Below, one piece after another: positions 18,001-36,000 of a stretch of DNA of 64,000 nt (positions are counted from its first letter, which is position 1; each line of letters opens with the position of its first letter). This DNA comes from Eledone cirrhosa (taxonomy: Eukaryota): positions 353,648,001 through 353,712,000 of the forward strand of contig OZ024743.1 in the NCBI GenBank assembly GCA_964016885.1, in the 5' to 3' direction. Position numbers and translations under genes: made by a program. Below the pieces are notes generated by a model. The model did no database searches, was not told where the DNA came from, and was given only the letters and a program-made list of their open reading frames with translations.

Positions 18001-21000
18001 ACAAGAACCATTTCAATACAAACACTTCCATGATGCTGCCATACCAACACCACCATAACACTGCCAACAATAACACCACCACAAGAACCATTTCAATACA
18101 AACACTTCCATGATCCCGCCCATACCAACCACACCATAACACTGCCAACAATAACACCACCACAAGAACCATTTCAATAAAAACACTTCCATGATGCTAC
18201 CCATACCAACACCACCATAACACTGCCATCAATAACACCACCACAAGAACCATTTCAATACAAACACTTCCATGATGCTGTCATACCAACACCACCATTA
18301 CACTGCCAACAATAACACCAGCACAAGAACCATTTCAATACAAACACTTCCATGATGCTGCCATACCAACAACATCATAACAATGCCAACAATAACACCA
18401 CCACAAGTACTATTTTAATACAAACACTTCCATGATGCTGTCATACCAACAACACCATAACACTGCCAACAATAACACCACCACAAGAACCATTTCAATA
18501 CAAACACTTCCATGATGCTGTCATACTAACACCACCATTACACTGCCAACAATAACACCAGCACAAGAACCATTTCAATACAAACACTTCCATGATGCTG
18601 CCATACCAACAACATCATAACAATGCCAACAATAACACCACCACAAGGACCATTTTAATACAAACACTTCCATGATGCTGTCATACCAACAACACCATAA
18701 CACTGCCAACAATAACGCCACCACAAGAACCATTTCAATACAAACACTTCCATGATGCTGCCCATACCAACAATACCAAAACACTGCCAACAATAACACC
18801 ACCACAAGAACCATGTCAATACTAACACTTCCATGATGTTGCCATACCAACAACACCATAACACTGCCAACAATAACGCCACCACAAGAACCATTTCAAT
18901 ACAAACACTTCCATGATCCTGCCCATACCAACACCACCATAACACTGTCAACAATAACACCACCACAAGAACCATTTCAATACAAACACTCCCATGATCC
19001 TGCCCATACCAACACCACCATAACACTGTCAACAATAACGCCACCACAAGAACCATTTCAATACAAACACTTCCATGATGCTGCCCATACCAACAACACT
19101 ATAACAGTGCCAACAATAACACCACCACAAGAACCATTTCAATACAAACACTTCCATGATGCTGCCCATACCAACACCACCATAACACTGTCAACAATAT
19201 TGCCACCACAAGAACCATTTCAATACAAACACTTCCATGATGCTGTCATACCAACAACACTATAACACTGTCAACAATAACACCACCACAAGAACCATTT
19301 CAATACAAACACATCCATGATGCTGTCATACCAACAACACTATAACACTGCCAACTATAACACCACCACAAGAACCATTTCAATACAAACACTTCCATGA
19401 TGCTGTCATACCGACACCACCATAACACTGCCGACAACAACACCACCACAAGAACCATTTCAATACAAACACTTCCATGATGCTGTCATACCAACACCAC
19501 CATAACACTGCCAACAATAACACCACCACAAGAACCATTTCAATACAAACACTTCCATGATGCTGCCATACCAACACCACCATTACACTGCCAACAATAA
19601 CACCAGCACAAGAACCATTTCAATACAAACACTTCCATGATGCTGCCATACCAACAACATCATAACAATGCCAACAATAACACCACCACAAGAACCATTT
19701 TAATACAAACACTTCCATGATGCTGTCATACCAACAACACCATAACACTGCCAACAATAACGCCACCACAAGAACCATTTCAATACAAACACTTCCATGA
19801 TGCTGCCCATACCAACAATACCAAAACACTGCCAACAATAACACCACCACAAGAACCATGTCAATACTAACACTTCCATGATGTTGCCATACCAACAACA
19901 CCATAACACTGCCAACAATAACGCCACCACAAGAACCATTTCAATACAAACACTTCCATGATCCTGCCCATACCAACACCACCATAACACTGTCAACAAT
20001 AACACCACCACAAGAACCATTTCAATACAAACACTCCCATGATCCTGCCCATACCAACACCACCATAACACTGTCAACAATAACGCCACCACAAGAACCA
20101 TTTCAATACAAACACTTCCATGATGCTGCCCATACCAACAACACTATAACAGTGCCAACAATAACACCACCACAAGAACCATTTCAATACAAACACTTCC
20201 ATGATGCTGCCCATACCAACACCACCATAACACTGTCAACAATATTGCCACCACAAGAACCATTTCAATACAAACACTTCCATGATGCTGTCATACCAAC
20301 AACACTATAACACTGTCAACAATAACACCACCACAAGAACCATTTCAATACAAACACATCCATGATGCTGTCATACCAACAACACTATAACACTGCCAAC
20401 TATAACACCACCACAAGAACCATTTCAATACAAACACTTCCATGATGCTGTCATACCGACACCACCATAACACTGCCGACAACAACACCACCACAAGAAC
20501 CATTTCAATACAAACACTTCCATGATGCTGTTATACCAACACCACCATAACACTGCCAACAATAACACCACCACAAGAACCATTTCAATACAAACACTTC
20601 CATGATGCTGCCATACAAACACCACCATAACACTGCCAACAATAACACCACCACAAGAACCATTTCAATACAAACACTTCCATGATCCTGCCCATACCAA
20701 CAACACCATAACACTGTCAACAATAACACCACCACAAGAACCATTTCAATACAAACACTTCCATGATGCTGCCATACCAACACCACAATAACACTGCCAA
20801 CAATAACACCACCACAAGAACGATTTCAATACAAACACTTCCATGATGCTGCCATACCAACACCACCATAACACTGCCAACAATAACACCACCACAAGAA
20901 CCATTTCAATACAAACACTTCCATGATCCTGCCCATACCAACAACACCATAACACTGCCAACAATAACACCACCACAAGAACCATTTCAATAAAAACACT

Positions 21001-24000
21001 TCCATGATGCTACCCATAACAACACCACCATAACACTGCCAACAATAACACCACCACAAGAACCATTTCAATACAAACACTTCCATGATGCTGTCATACC
21101 AACACCACCATTACACTGCCAACAATAACACCAGCACAAGAACCATTTCAATACAAACACATCCATGATGCTGCCATACCAACAACATCATAACAATGCC
21201 AACAATAACACCACCACAAGAACTATTTTAATACAAACACTTCCATGATGCTGTCATACCAACAACACCATAACACTGCCAACAATAAAACCACCACAAG
21301 AACCATTTCAATACAAACACTTCCATGATGCTGTCATACTAACACCACCATTACACTGCCAACAATAACACCAGCACAAGAACCATTTCAATACAAACAC
21401 TTCCATGATGCTGCCATACCAACAACATCATAACAATGCCAACAATAACACCACCACAAGAACCATTTTAATACAAACACTTCCATGATGCTGTCATACC
21501 AACAACACCATAACACTGCCAACAATAACGCCACCACAAGAACCATTTCAATACAAACACTTCCATGATGCTGTCATACCAACAACACTATAACACTGCC
21601 AACTATAACACCACCACAAGAACCATTTCAATACAAACACTTCCATGATGCTGTCATACCAACACCACCATAACACTGCCGACAACAACACCACCACAAG
21701 AACCATTTCAATACAAACACTTCCATGATGCTTTCATACCAACACCACCATTACACTGCCAACAATAACACCACCACAAGAACCATTTCAATACAAACAC
21801 TTCCATGATGTTGCCATACCAACAACACCATAACACTGCCGACAACAACACCACCACAAGAACCATTTCAATACAAACCCTTCCATGACATTGCCCATAT
21901 CAACACCACCATAACACTGCCAACAATAACACCACCACAAGAACCATTTCAATACAAACACTTCCATGATGCTGCCATACCAACAACACCATAACACTGC
22001 CAACAATAACACCACCACAAGAACTATTTCAATACAGACCCTCCCATGAAACTGCCCATACCAACACCACAATAACAATGCCGACAATAACACCACCACA
22101 AGAACCATTTCAATACAAACACTTCCATGAAACTGCCCATACCAACACCACAATAACACTGCCGACAATAACACCACCACAAGAACCATTTCAATATAAA
22201 CCCTTCCATGAAACAGCCCATATCAACACCACCATAACACTGCCAACAATAACACCACCACAAGAACTATTTCAATACAGACCCTTCCATGAAACTACCC
22301 ATACCATCACCACCATAACACTGCCAATAATAACACCACCACAAGAACCATTTCAATACAAACCCTTCCATGACATTGCCCATATCAACACCACCATAAC
22401 ACTGCAAACAATAACACCAACACAAGAACTATTTCAATACAAACCCTTCCATGAAACTGCCCATACCAACACCACAATAACACTGCCGAAAATAACACCA
22501 CCACAAGAACCATTTCAATACAAACACTTCCATGATGCTGCCATACCAACAACACCATAACACTGCCAACAATAACACCACCACAAGAACTATTTCAATA
22601 CAAACCCTTCCATGAAACTGCCCATACCAACACCACAATAACACTGCCGAAAATAACACCACCACAAGAACCATTTCAATACAAACACTTCCATGATGCT
22701 GCCATAACAACAACACAATAACACTGTCAACAATAACACCACCACAAGAACCATTTCAATACAAACACTTCCATGATCCTGCCCATACCAACACCACCAT
22801 TACACTGTCAACAATAACACTACCACAAGAACTATTTCAATACAAACCCTTCCATGAAACTGCCCATATCAACACCACAATAACACTGCCAACAATAACG
22901 CCACCACAAGAACCATTTCAATACAAACACTTCCATGATCCTGCCCATACCAACAACACTATAACACTGCCAACAATAACACAAACAGAAGAACGATTTC
23001 AATACAAACACTTCCATGATGCTGTCATACCAACACCTCCATAACACTGCCAACAATAACACCACCACAAGAACCATTTCAATACAAACACTTCCATGAT
23101 GCTGTCATACCAACAACACTATAACACTGTCAACAATAACACCACCACAAGAACCATTTCAATACAAACACATCCATGATGCTGTCATACCAACAACACT
23201 ATAACACTGCCAACTATAACACCACCACAAGAACCATTTCAATACAAACACTTCCATGATGCTGTCATACCAACACCACCATAACACTGCCGACAACAAC
23301 ACCACTACCAGAACCATTTCAATACAAACACTTCCATGATGCTGCCATACCAACACCACCATAACACTGCCAACAATAACGCCACCACAAGAACCATTTC
23401 AATACAAACACTTCCATGATTTTGCCATACCAACAACACCATAACACTGCCGACAACAACACCACCACAAGAACCATTTCAATACAAACACTTCCATGAT
23501 GTTGCCATACCAACAACACCATAACACTGCCAACAATAACACCACCACAAGAACCATTTCAATACAAACACTTCCATGATACTGCCCATACCAACAACAT
23601 CATAACACTGCCGACAATAACACCACCACAAGAACCATTTCAATACAAACACTTCGATGATGCTGCCATACCAACACCACCATAACACTGCCAACAATAA
23701 CACCACCACAAGAACCATTTCAATACAAACACTTCCATGATGCTTCTCATACCAACACCACCATAACACTGCCAACAATAACACCACCACAAGAACCATT
23801 TCAATACAAACACTTCCATGATCCCGCCCATACCAACCACACCATAACACTGCCAACAATAACACCACCACAAGAACCATTTCAATAAAAACACTTCCAT
23901 GATGCTACCCATACCAACACCACCATAACACTGCCAACAATAACACCACCACAAGAACCATTTCAATACAAACACTTCCATGATGCTGTCATACCAACAC

Positions 24001-27000
24001 CACCATTACACTGCCAACAATAACACCAGCACAAGAACCATTTCAATACAAACACTTCCATGATGCTGCCATACCAACAACATCATAACAATGCCAACAA
24101 TAACACCACCACAAGAACTATTTTAATACAAACACTTCCATGATGCTGTCATACCAACAACACCATAACACTGCCAACAATAACACCACCACAAGAACCA
24201 TTTCAATACAAACACTTCCATGATGCTGTCATACTAACACCACCATTACACTGCCAACAATAACACCAGCACAAGAACCATTTCAATACAAACACTTCCA
24301 TGATGCTGCCATACCAACAACATCATAACAATGCCAACAATAACACCACCACAAGAACCATTTTAATACAAACACTTCCATGATGCTGTCATACCAACAA
24401 CACCATAACACTGCCAACAATAACGCCACCACAAGAACCATTTCAATACAAACACTTCCATGATGCTGCCCATACCAACAATACCAAAACACTGCCAACA
24501 ATAACACCACCACAAGAACCATGTCAATACTAACACTTCCATGATGTTGCCATACCAACAACACCATAACACTGCCAACAATAACGCCACCACAAGAACC
24601 ATTTCAATACAAACACTTCCATGATCCTGCCCATACCAACACCACCATAACACTGTCAACAATAACACCACCACAAGAACCATTTCAATACAAACACTTC
24701 CATGATCCTGCCCATACCAACACCACCATAACACTGTCAACAATAACGCCACCACAAGAACCATTTCAATACAAACACTTCCATGATGCTGCCCATACCA
24801 ACAACACTATAACAGTGCCAACAATAACACCACCACAAGAACCATTTCAATACAAACACTTCCATGATGCTGCCCATACCAACACCACCATAACACTGTC
24901 AACAATAACGCCACCACAAGAACCATTTCAATACAAACACTTCCATGATGCTGTCATACCAACAACACTATAACACTGTCAACAATAACACCACCACAAG
25001 AACCATTTCAATACAAACACATCCATGATGCTGTCATACCAACAACACTATAACACTGCCAACTATAACACCACCACAAGAACCATTTCAATACAAACAC
25101 TTCCATGATGCTGTCATACCAACACCACCATAACACTGCCGACAACAACACCACCACAAGAACCATTTCAATACAAACACTTCCATGATGCTGTCATACC
25201 AACACCACCATTACACTGCCAACAATAACACCACCACAAGAACCATTTCAATACAAACACTTCCATGATGTTGCCATACCAACAACACCATAACACTGCC
25301 GACAAACACACCACCACAAGAACCATTTCAATACAAACCCTTCCATGACATTTCCCATATCAACACCACCATAACACTGCCAAAAATAACACCACCACAA
25401 GAACCATTTCAATACAAACACTTCCATGATGCTGCCATACCAACAACACCATAACACTGCCAACAATAACACCACCACAAGAACTATTTCAATACAGACC
25501 CTCCCATGAAACTGCCCATACCAACACCACAATAACAATGCCGACAATAACACCACCACAAGAACCATTTCAATACAAACACTTCCATGAAACTGCCCAT
25601 ACCAACACCACAATAACACTGCCGACAATAACACCACCACAAGAACCATTTCAATACAAACACTTCTATGATCCTGCCCATACCAACACCACCATAACAC
25701 TGTCAATAATAACACCACCACAAGAACCATTTCAATACAAACCCTTCCATGACATTGCCCATATCAACACCACCATAACACTGCAAACAATAACACCACC
25801 ACAAGAACCATTTCAATACAAACACTTCCATGATGCTGTCATACCAACAACACCATAACACTGCCAACAATAACACCACCACAAGAACTATTTCAATACA
25901 AACCCTTCCATGAAACTGCCCATACCAACACCACAATAACACTGCCGAAAATAACACCACCACAAGAACCATTTCAATACAAACACTTCCATGATGCTGC
26001 CATACCAACCACACCATAACACTGCCAACAATAACACCACCACAAGAACCATTTCAATAAAAACACTTCCATGATGCTACCCATACCAACACCACCATAA
26101 CACTGCCAACAATAACACCACCACAAGAACCATTTCAATACAAACACTTCCATGATGCTGTCATACCAACACCACCATTACACTGCCAACAATAACACCA
26201 GCACAAGAACCATTTCAATACAAACACTTCCATGATGCTGCCATACCAACAACATCATAACAATGCCAACAATAACACCACCACAAGAACTATTTTAATA
26301 CAAACACTTCCATGATGCTGTCATACCAACAACACCATAACACTGCCAACAATAACACCACCACAAGAACCATTTCAATACAAACACTTCCATGATGCTG
26401 TCATACTAACACCACCATTACACTGCCAACAATAACACCAGCACAAGAACCATTTCAATACAAACACTTCCATGATGCTGCCATACCAACAACATCATAA
26501 CAATGCCAACAATAACACCACCACAAGAACCATTTTAATACAAACACTTCCATGATGCTGTCATACCAACAACACCATAACACTGCCAACAATAACGCCA
26601 CCACAAGAACCATTTCAATACAAACACTTCCATGATGCTGCCCATACCAACAATACCAAAACACTGCCAACAATAACACCACCACAAGAACCATGTCAAT
26701 ACTAACACTTCCATGATGTTGCCATACCAACAACACCATAACACTGCCAACAATAACGCCACCACAAGAACCATTTCAATACAAACACTTCCATGATCCT
26801 GCCCATACCAACACCACCATAACACTGTCAACAATAACACCACCACAAGAACCATTTCAATACAAACACTTCCATGATCCTGCCCATACCAACACCACCA
26901 TAACACTGTCAACAATAACGCCACCACAAGAACCATTTCAATACAAACACTTCCATGATGCTGCCCATACCAACAACACTATAACAGTGCCAACAATAAC

Positions 27001-30000
27001 ACCACCACAAGAACCATTTCAATACAAACACTTCCATGATGCTGCCCATACCAACACCACCATAACACTGTCAACAATAACGCCACCACAAGAACCATTT
27101 CAATACAAACACTTCCATGATGCTGTCATACCAACAACACTATAACACTGTCAACAATAACACCACCACAAGAACCATTTCAATACAAACACATCCATGA
27201 TGCTGTCATACCAACAACACTATAACACTGCCAACTATAACACCACCACAAGAACCATTTCAATACAAACACTTCCATGATGCTGTCATACCAACACCAC
27301 CATAACACTGCCGACAACAACACCACCACAAGAACCATTTCAATACAAACACTTCCATGATGCTGTCATACCAACACCACCATTACACTGCCAACAATAA
27401 CACCACCACAAGAACCATTTCAATACAAACACTTCCATGATGTTGCCATACCAACAACACCATAACACTGCCGACAAACACACCACCACAAGAACCATTT
27501 CAATACAAACCCTTCCATGACATTTCCCATATCAACACCACCATAACACTGCCAACAATAACACCACCACAAGAACCATTTCAATACAAACACTTCCATG
27601 ATGCTGCCATACCAACAACACCATAACACTGCCAACAATAACACCACCACAAGAACTATTTCAATACAGACCCTCCCATGAAACTGCCCATACCAACACC
27701 ACAATAACAATGCCGACAATAACACCACCACAAGAACCATTTCAATACAAACACTTCCATGAAACTGCCCATACCAACACCACAATAACACTGCCGACAA
27801 TAACACCACCACAAGAACCATTTCAATACAAACACTTCTATGATCCTGCCCATACCAACACCACCATAACACTGTCAATAATAACACCACCACAAGAACC
27901 ATTTCAATACAAACCCTTCCATGACATTGCCCATATCAACACCACCATAACACTGCAAACAATAACACCACCACAAGAACCATTTCAATACAAACACTTC
28001 CATGATGCTGTCATACCAACAACACCATAACACTGCCAACAATAACACCACCACAAGAACTATTTCAATACAAACCCTTCCATGAAACTGCCCATACCAA
28101 CACCACAATAACACTGCCGAAAATAACACCACCACAAGAACCATTTCAATACAAACACTTCCATGATGCTGCCATACCAACAAAACAATAACACTGTCAA
28201 CAATAACACCACCACAAGAACCATTTCAATACAAACACTTCTATGATCCTGCACATACCAACACCACCATAACACTGTCAACAATAACACCACCACAAGA
28301 ACTATTTCAATACAAACCCTTCCATGAAACTGCCCATATCAACACCACCATAACACTGCCAACAATAACGACACCACAAGAACCATTTCAATACAAACAC
28401 TTCCATGATGCTGTCATACCAACACCACCATTACACTGCCATAAATAACACCACCACAAGAACCATTTCAATACAAACACTTCCATGATGTTGCCATACC
28501 AACAACACCATAACACTGCCGACAACAACACCACCACAAGAACCATTTCAATACAAACCCTTCCATGACATTGCCCATATCAACACCACCATAACACTGC
28601 CAACAATAACACCACCACAAGAACCATTTCAATAAAAATACTTCCATGATGCTGCCATACCAACAACATCATAACACTGCCAAGAATAACACCACCACAA
28701 GAACTATTTCAATACAGACCCTCCCATGAAACTGCCCATACCAACACCACCATAAAACTGCCAACAATAACGCCACCACAAGAACCATTTCAATACAAAC
28801 ACTTCCATGATGCTGCCATACCAACAACACCATAACACTGCCAACAATAACGCCACCACAAGAATCATTTCAATACAAACACTTCCATGATTTTGCCATA
28901 CCAACACCACCATAACACTGCCAACAATAACACCACCACATGAACCATTTTAATACAAACACTTCCATGATGCTGCCATACAAACACCACCATAACACTG
29001 CCAACAATAACACCACCACAAGAACCATTTAAATACAAACACTTCCATGATCCTGCCCATACCAACAACACCATAACACTGTCAACAATAACACCACCAC
29101 AAGAACCATTTCAATACAAACACTTCCATGATGCTGCCATACAAACACCACCATAACACTGCCAACAATAACACCACCACAAGAACCATTTCAATACAAA
29201 CACTTCCATGATCCTGCCCATACCAACAACACCATAACACTGTCAACAATAACACCACCACAAGAACCATTTCAATACAAACACTTCCATGATGCTGCCC
29301 ATACCAACACCACCATAACACTGTCAACAATAACACCACCACAAGAACCATTTCAATACAAACACTTCCATGATCCTGCCCATACCAACACCACCATAAC
29401 ACTGTCAACAATAACGCCACCACAAGAACCATTTCAATACAAACACTTCCATGATGCTGCCCATACCAACAACACTATAACAGTGCCAACAATAACACCA
29501 CCACAAGAACCATTTCAATACAAACACTTCCATGATGCTGCCCATACCAACACCACCATAACACTGTCAACAATAACGCCACCACAAGAACCATTTCAAT
29601 ACAAACACTTCCATGATGCTGTCATACCAACAACACTATAACACTGTCAACAATAACACCACCACAAGAACCATTTCAATACAAACACATCCATGATGCT
29701 GTCATACCAACAACACTATAACACTGCCAACTATAACACCACCACAAGAACCATTTCAATACAAACACTTCCATGATGCTGTCATACCAACACCACCATA
29801 ACACTGCCGACAACAACACCACCACAAGAACCATTTCAATACAAACACTTCCATTATGCTGTCATACCAACAACACCATAACACTGCCGACAACAACACC
29901 ACCACAAGAACCATTTCAATACAAACCCTTCCATGACATTGCCCATATCAACACCACCATAACACTGCCAACAATAACACCACCACAAGAACCATTTCAA

Positions 30001-33000
30001 TACAAACACTTCCATGATGCTGCCATACCAACAACACCATAACACTGACAACAATAACACCACCACAAGAACTATTTCAATACAGACCCTCCCATGAAAC
30101 TGCCCATACCAACACCACAATAACAATGCCGAAAATAACACCACCACAAGAACCATTTCAATACAAACACTTCCATGATGCTGCCATACCAACAACACAA
30201 TAACACTGTCAACAATAACACCACCACAAGAACCATTTCAATACAAACACTTCTATGATCCTGCCCATACCAACACCACCATAACACTGTCAACAATAAC
30301 ACCACCACAAGGACTATTTCAATACAAACCCTTCCATGAAACTGCCCATATCAACACCACCATAACACTGCCAACAATAACGACACCACAAGAACCATTT
30401 CAATACAAACACTTCCATGATGCTGTCATACCAACACCACCATTACACTGCCAACAATAACACCACCACAAGAACCATTTCAATACAAACACTTCCATGA
30501 TGTTGCCATACCAACAACACCATAACACTGCCGACAACAACACCACCACAAGAACCATTTCAATACAAACCCTTCCATGACATTGCCCATATCAACACCA
30601 CCATAACACTGCCAACAATAACACCACCACAAGAACCATTTCAATACAAACACTTCCATGATGCTGCCATACCAACAACATCATAACACTGCCAACAATA
30701 ACACCACCACAAGAACTATTTCAATACAGACCCTCCCATGAAACTGCCCATACCAACACCACCATAAAACTGCCAACAATAACGCCACCACAAGAACCAT
30801 TTCAATACAAACACTTCCATGATGCTGCCATACCAACAACACCATAACACTGCCAACAATAACGCCACCACAAGAACCATTTCAATACAAACACTTCCAT
30901 GATTTTGCCATACCAACACCACCATAACACTGCCAACAATAACACCACCACAAGAACCATTTTAATACAAACACTTCCATGATGCTGCCATACAAACACC
31001 ACCATAACACTGCCAACAATAACACCACCACAAGAACCATTTAAATACAAACACTTCCATGATCCTGCCCATACCAACAACACCATAACACTGTCAACAA
31101 TAACACCACCACAAGAACCATTTCAATACAAACACTTCCATGATGGTGCCATACAAACACCACCATAACACTGCCAACAATAACACCACCACAAGAACCA
31201 TTTCAATACAAACACTTCCATGATCCTGCCCATACCAACAACACCATAACACTGTCAACAATAACACCACCACAAGAACCATTTCAATACAAACACTTCC
31301 ATGATGCTGCCCATACCAACACCACCATAACACTGTCAACAATAACACCACCACAAGAACCATTTCAATACAAACACTTCCATGATCCTGCCCATACCAA
31401 CACCACCATAACACTGTCAACAATAACGCCACCACAAGAACCATTTCAATACAAACACTTCCATGATGCTGCCCATACCAACAATACTATAACAGTGCCA
31501 ACAATAACACCACCACAAGAACCATTTCAATACAAACACTTCCATGATGCTGCCCATACCAACACCACCATAACACTGTCAACAATAACGCCACCACAAG
31601 AACCATTTCAATACAAACACTTCCATGATGCTGTCATACCAACAACACTATAACACTGTCAACAATAACACCACCACAAGAACCATTTCAATACAAACAC
31701 ATCCATGATGCTGTCATACCAACAACACTATAACACTGCCAACTATAACACCACCACAAGAACCATTTCAATACAAACACTTCCATGATGCTGTCATACC
31801 AACACCACCATAACACTGCCGACAACAACACCACCACAAGAACCATTTCAATACAAACACTTCCATGATGCTGTCATACCAACACCACCATTACACTGCC
31901 AACAATAACACCACCACAAGAACCATTTCAATACAAACACTTCCATGATGTTGCCATACCAACAACACCATAACACTGCCGACAACAACACCACCACAAG
32001 AACCATTTCAATACAAACCCTTCCATGACATAGCCCATATCAACACCACCATAACACTGCCAACAATAACACCACCACAAGAACCATTTCAATACAAACA
32101 CTTCCATGATGCTGCCATACCAACAACACCATAACACTGCCAACAATAACACCACCACAAGAACTATTTCAATACAGACCCTCCCATGAAACTGCCCATA
32201 CCAACACCACAATAACAATGCCGACAATAACACCACCACAAGAACCATTTCAATACAAACACTTCCATGAAACTGCCCATACCAACACCACAATAACACT
32301 GCCGACAATAACACCACCACAAGAACCATTTCAATATAAACCCTTCCATGAAACAGCCCATATCAACACCACCATAACACTGCCAACAATAACACCACCA
32401 CAAGAACTATTTCGATACAGACCCTTCCATGAAACTACCCATACCAACACCACCATAACACTGCCAGTAATAACACCACCACAAGAACCATTTCAATACA
32501 AACCCTTCCATGACATTGCCCATATCAACACCACCATAACACTGCAAACAATAACACCACCACAAGAACCATTTCAATACAAACACTTCCATGATGCTGC
32601 CATACCAACAACACCATAACTCTGCCAACAATAACACCACCACAAGAACTATTTCAATACAAACCCTTCTATGAAACTGCCCATACCAACACCACAATAA
32701 CACTGCCGAAAATAACACCACCACAAGAACCATTTCAATACAAACACTTCCATGATGCTGCCATACCAACAACACAATAACACTGTCAACAATAACACCA
32801 CCACAAGAACCATTTCAATACAAACACTTCTATGATCCTGCCCATACCAACACCACCATAACACTGTCAACAATAACACCACCACAAGAACTATTTCAAT
32901 ACAAACCCTTCCATGAAACTGCCCATATCTACACCACCATAACACTGCCAACAATAACGACACCACAAGAACCATTTCAATACAAACACTTCCATGATCC

Positions 33001-36000
33001 TGCCCATACCAACAACACTATAACACTGCCAACAATAACACAACCAGAAGAACGATTTCAATACAAACACTTCCATGATGCTGTCATACCAACACCTCCA
33101 TAACACTGCCAACAATAACACCACCACAAGAACCATTTCAATACAAACACTTCCATAATGCTGTCATACCAACAACACTATAACACTGTCAACAATAACA
33201 CCACCACAAGAACCATTTCAATACAAACACATCCATGATGCTGTCATACCAACAACACTATAACACTGCCAACTATAACACCACCACAAGAACCATTTCA
33301 ATACAAACACTTCCATGATGCTGTCATACCAACACCACCATAACACTGCCGACAACAACACCACTACAAGAACCATTTCAATACAAACACTTCCATGATG
33401 CTGCCATACCAACACCACCAATAACACTGCCAACAATAACGCCACCACAAGAACCATTTCAATACAAACACTTCCATGATTTTGCCATACCAACAACACC
33501 ATAACACTGCCGACAACAACACCACCACAAGAACCATTTCAATACAAACACTTCCATGATACTGCCCATACCAACAACATCATAACACTGCCGAAAATAA
33601 CACCACCACAAGAACCATTTCAATACAAACACTTCGATGATGCTGCCCTACCAACACCACCATAACACTGCCAACAATAACACCACCACAAGAACCATTT
33701 CAATACAAACACTTCCATGATGCTTCCCATACCAACACCACCATAACACTGCCAACAATAACACCACCACAAGAACCATTTCAATACAAACACTTCCATG
33801 ATGCTGCCATACCAACAACACCATAACACTGCCAAGAATAACGCCACCACGAGAACCATTTCAATACAAACACTTCCATGATGTTGCCATACCAACAACA
33901 CCATAACACTGCCGACAACAACACCACCACAAGAACCATTTCAATACAAACCCTTCCATGAAACTGCCCATACCAACACCACAATAACAATGCCGACAAT
34001 AACACCACCACAAGAACCATTTCAATACAAACACTTCCATGATACTGCCCATACCAACACCACAATAACACTGCCGACAATAACACCACCACAAGAACCA
34101 TTTCAATACAAACACTTCCATGATGCCGCCATACCAACAACACCATAACACTGCCAACAATAACACCACCACAAGAACTATTTCAATACAAACCCTTCCA
34201 TGAAACTGCTCATACCAACACCACAATAACACTCCCGACAATAACACCACCACAAGAACCATTTCAATATAAACCCTTCCATGAAACAGCCCATATCAAC
34301 ACCACCATAACACTGCCAACAATAACACCACCACAAGAACTATTTCAATACAAACCCTTCCATGAAACTGCCCATACCAACACCACAATAACACTGCCGA
34401 CAATAACACCACCACAAGAACCATTTCAATATAAACCCTTCCATGAAACAGCCCATATCAACACCACCATAACACTGCCGACAATAACACCACCACAAGA
34501 ACCATTTCAATATAAACCCTTCCATGAAACTACCCATACCAACACCACCATAACACTGCCAATAATAACACCACCACAAGAACCATTTCAATACAAACCC
34601 TTCCATGATACTGCCCATATCAACACCACCATAACACTGCCAACAATAACACCACCACAAGAACCATTTCAATACAAACACTTCCATGATGCTGCCATAC
34701 CAACAACACCATAACACTGCCAACAATAACACCACCACAAGAACTATTTCAATACAAACCCTTCCATGAAACTGCCCATACCAACACCACAATAACACTG
34801 CCGACAATAACACCACCACAAGAACCATTTCAATACAAACACTTCCATGATGCTGCCATACCAACAACACAATAACACTGTCAACAATAACACCACCACA
34901 AGAACCATTTCAATACAAACACTTCCATGATGTTGCCATACCAACAACACCATAACACTGCCAACAATAACACCACCACAAGAACCATTTCAATACAAAC
35001 ACTTCCATGATACTGCCCATCCAACAACATCATAACACTGCCGACAATAACACCACCACAAGAACCATTTCAATACAAACACTTCCATGATGCTGCCATA
35101 CCAACACCACCATAACACTGCCAACAATAACACCACCACAAGAACCATTTCAATACAAACACTTCCATGATGCTTCCCATACCAACACCACCATTACACT
35201 GCAAACAATAACACCACCACAAGAACCATTTCAATACAAACACTTCCATGATGCTGCCATACCAACAACACCATAACACTGCCAACAATAACACCACCAC
35301 AAGAACTATTTCAATACAAACCCTTCCATGACATTGCCCATATCAACACCACCATAACACTGCCAACAATAACACCACCACAAGAACCATTTCAATACAA
35401 AAACTTCCATGATGCTGCCATACCAACAACACCATAACACTGCCGAGAATAACGCCACCACGAGAACCATTTCAATACAAACACTTCCATGATGTTGCCA
35501 TACCAACAACACCATAACACTGCCGACAACAACACCACCACAAGAACCATTTCAATACAAACCCTTCCATGAAACTGCCCATACCAACACCACAATAACA
35601 CTGCCGACAATAACACCACCACAAGAACCATTTCAATACAAACACTTCCATGATGCTGCCATACCAACAACACCATAACACTGCCAACAATAACACCACC
35701 ACAAGAACTATTTTAATACAAACCCTTCCATGAAACTGCCCATACCAACACCACAATAACACTGCCAACAATAACACCACCACAAGAACTATTTCAATAC
35801 AAACCCTTCCATGAAACTGCCCATACCAACACCACAATAACACTGCCGACAATAACACCACCACAAGAACCATTTCAATATAAACCCTTCCATGAAACAG
35901 CCCATATCAACACCACCATAACACTGCCGACAATAACACCACCACAAGAACCATTTCAATATAAACCCTTCCATGAAACTACCCATACCAACACCACCAT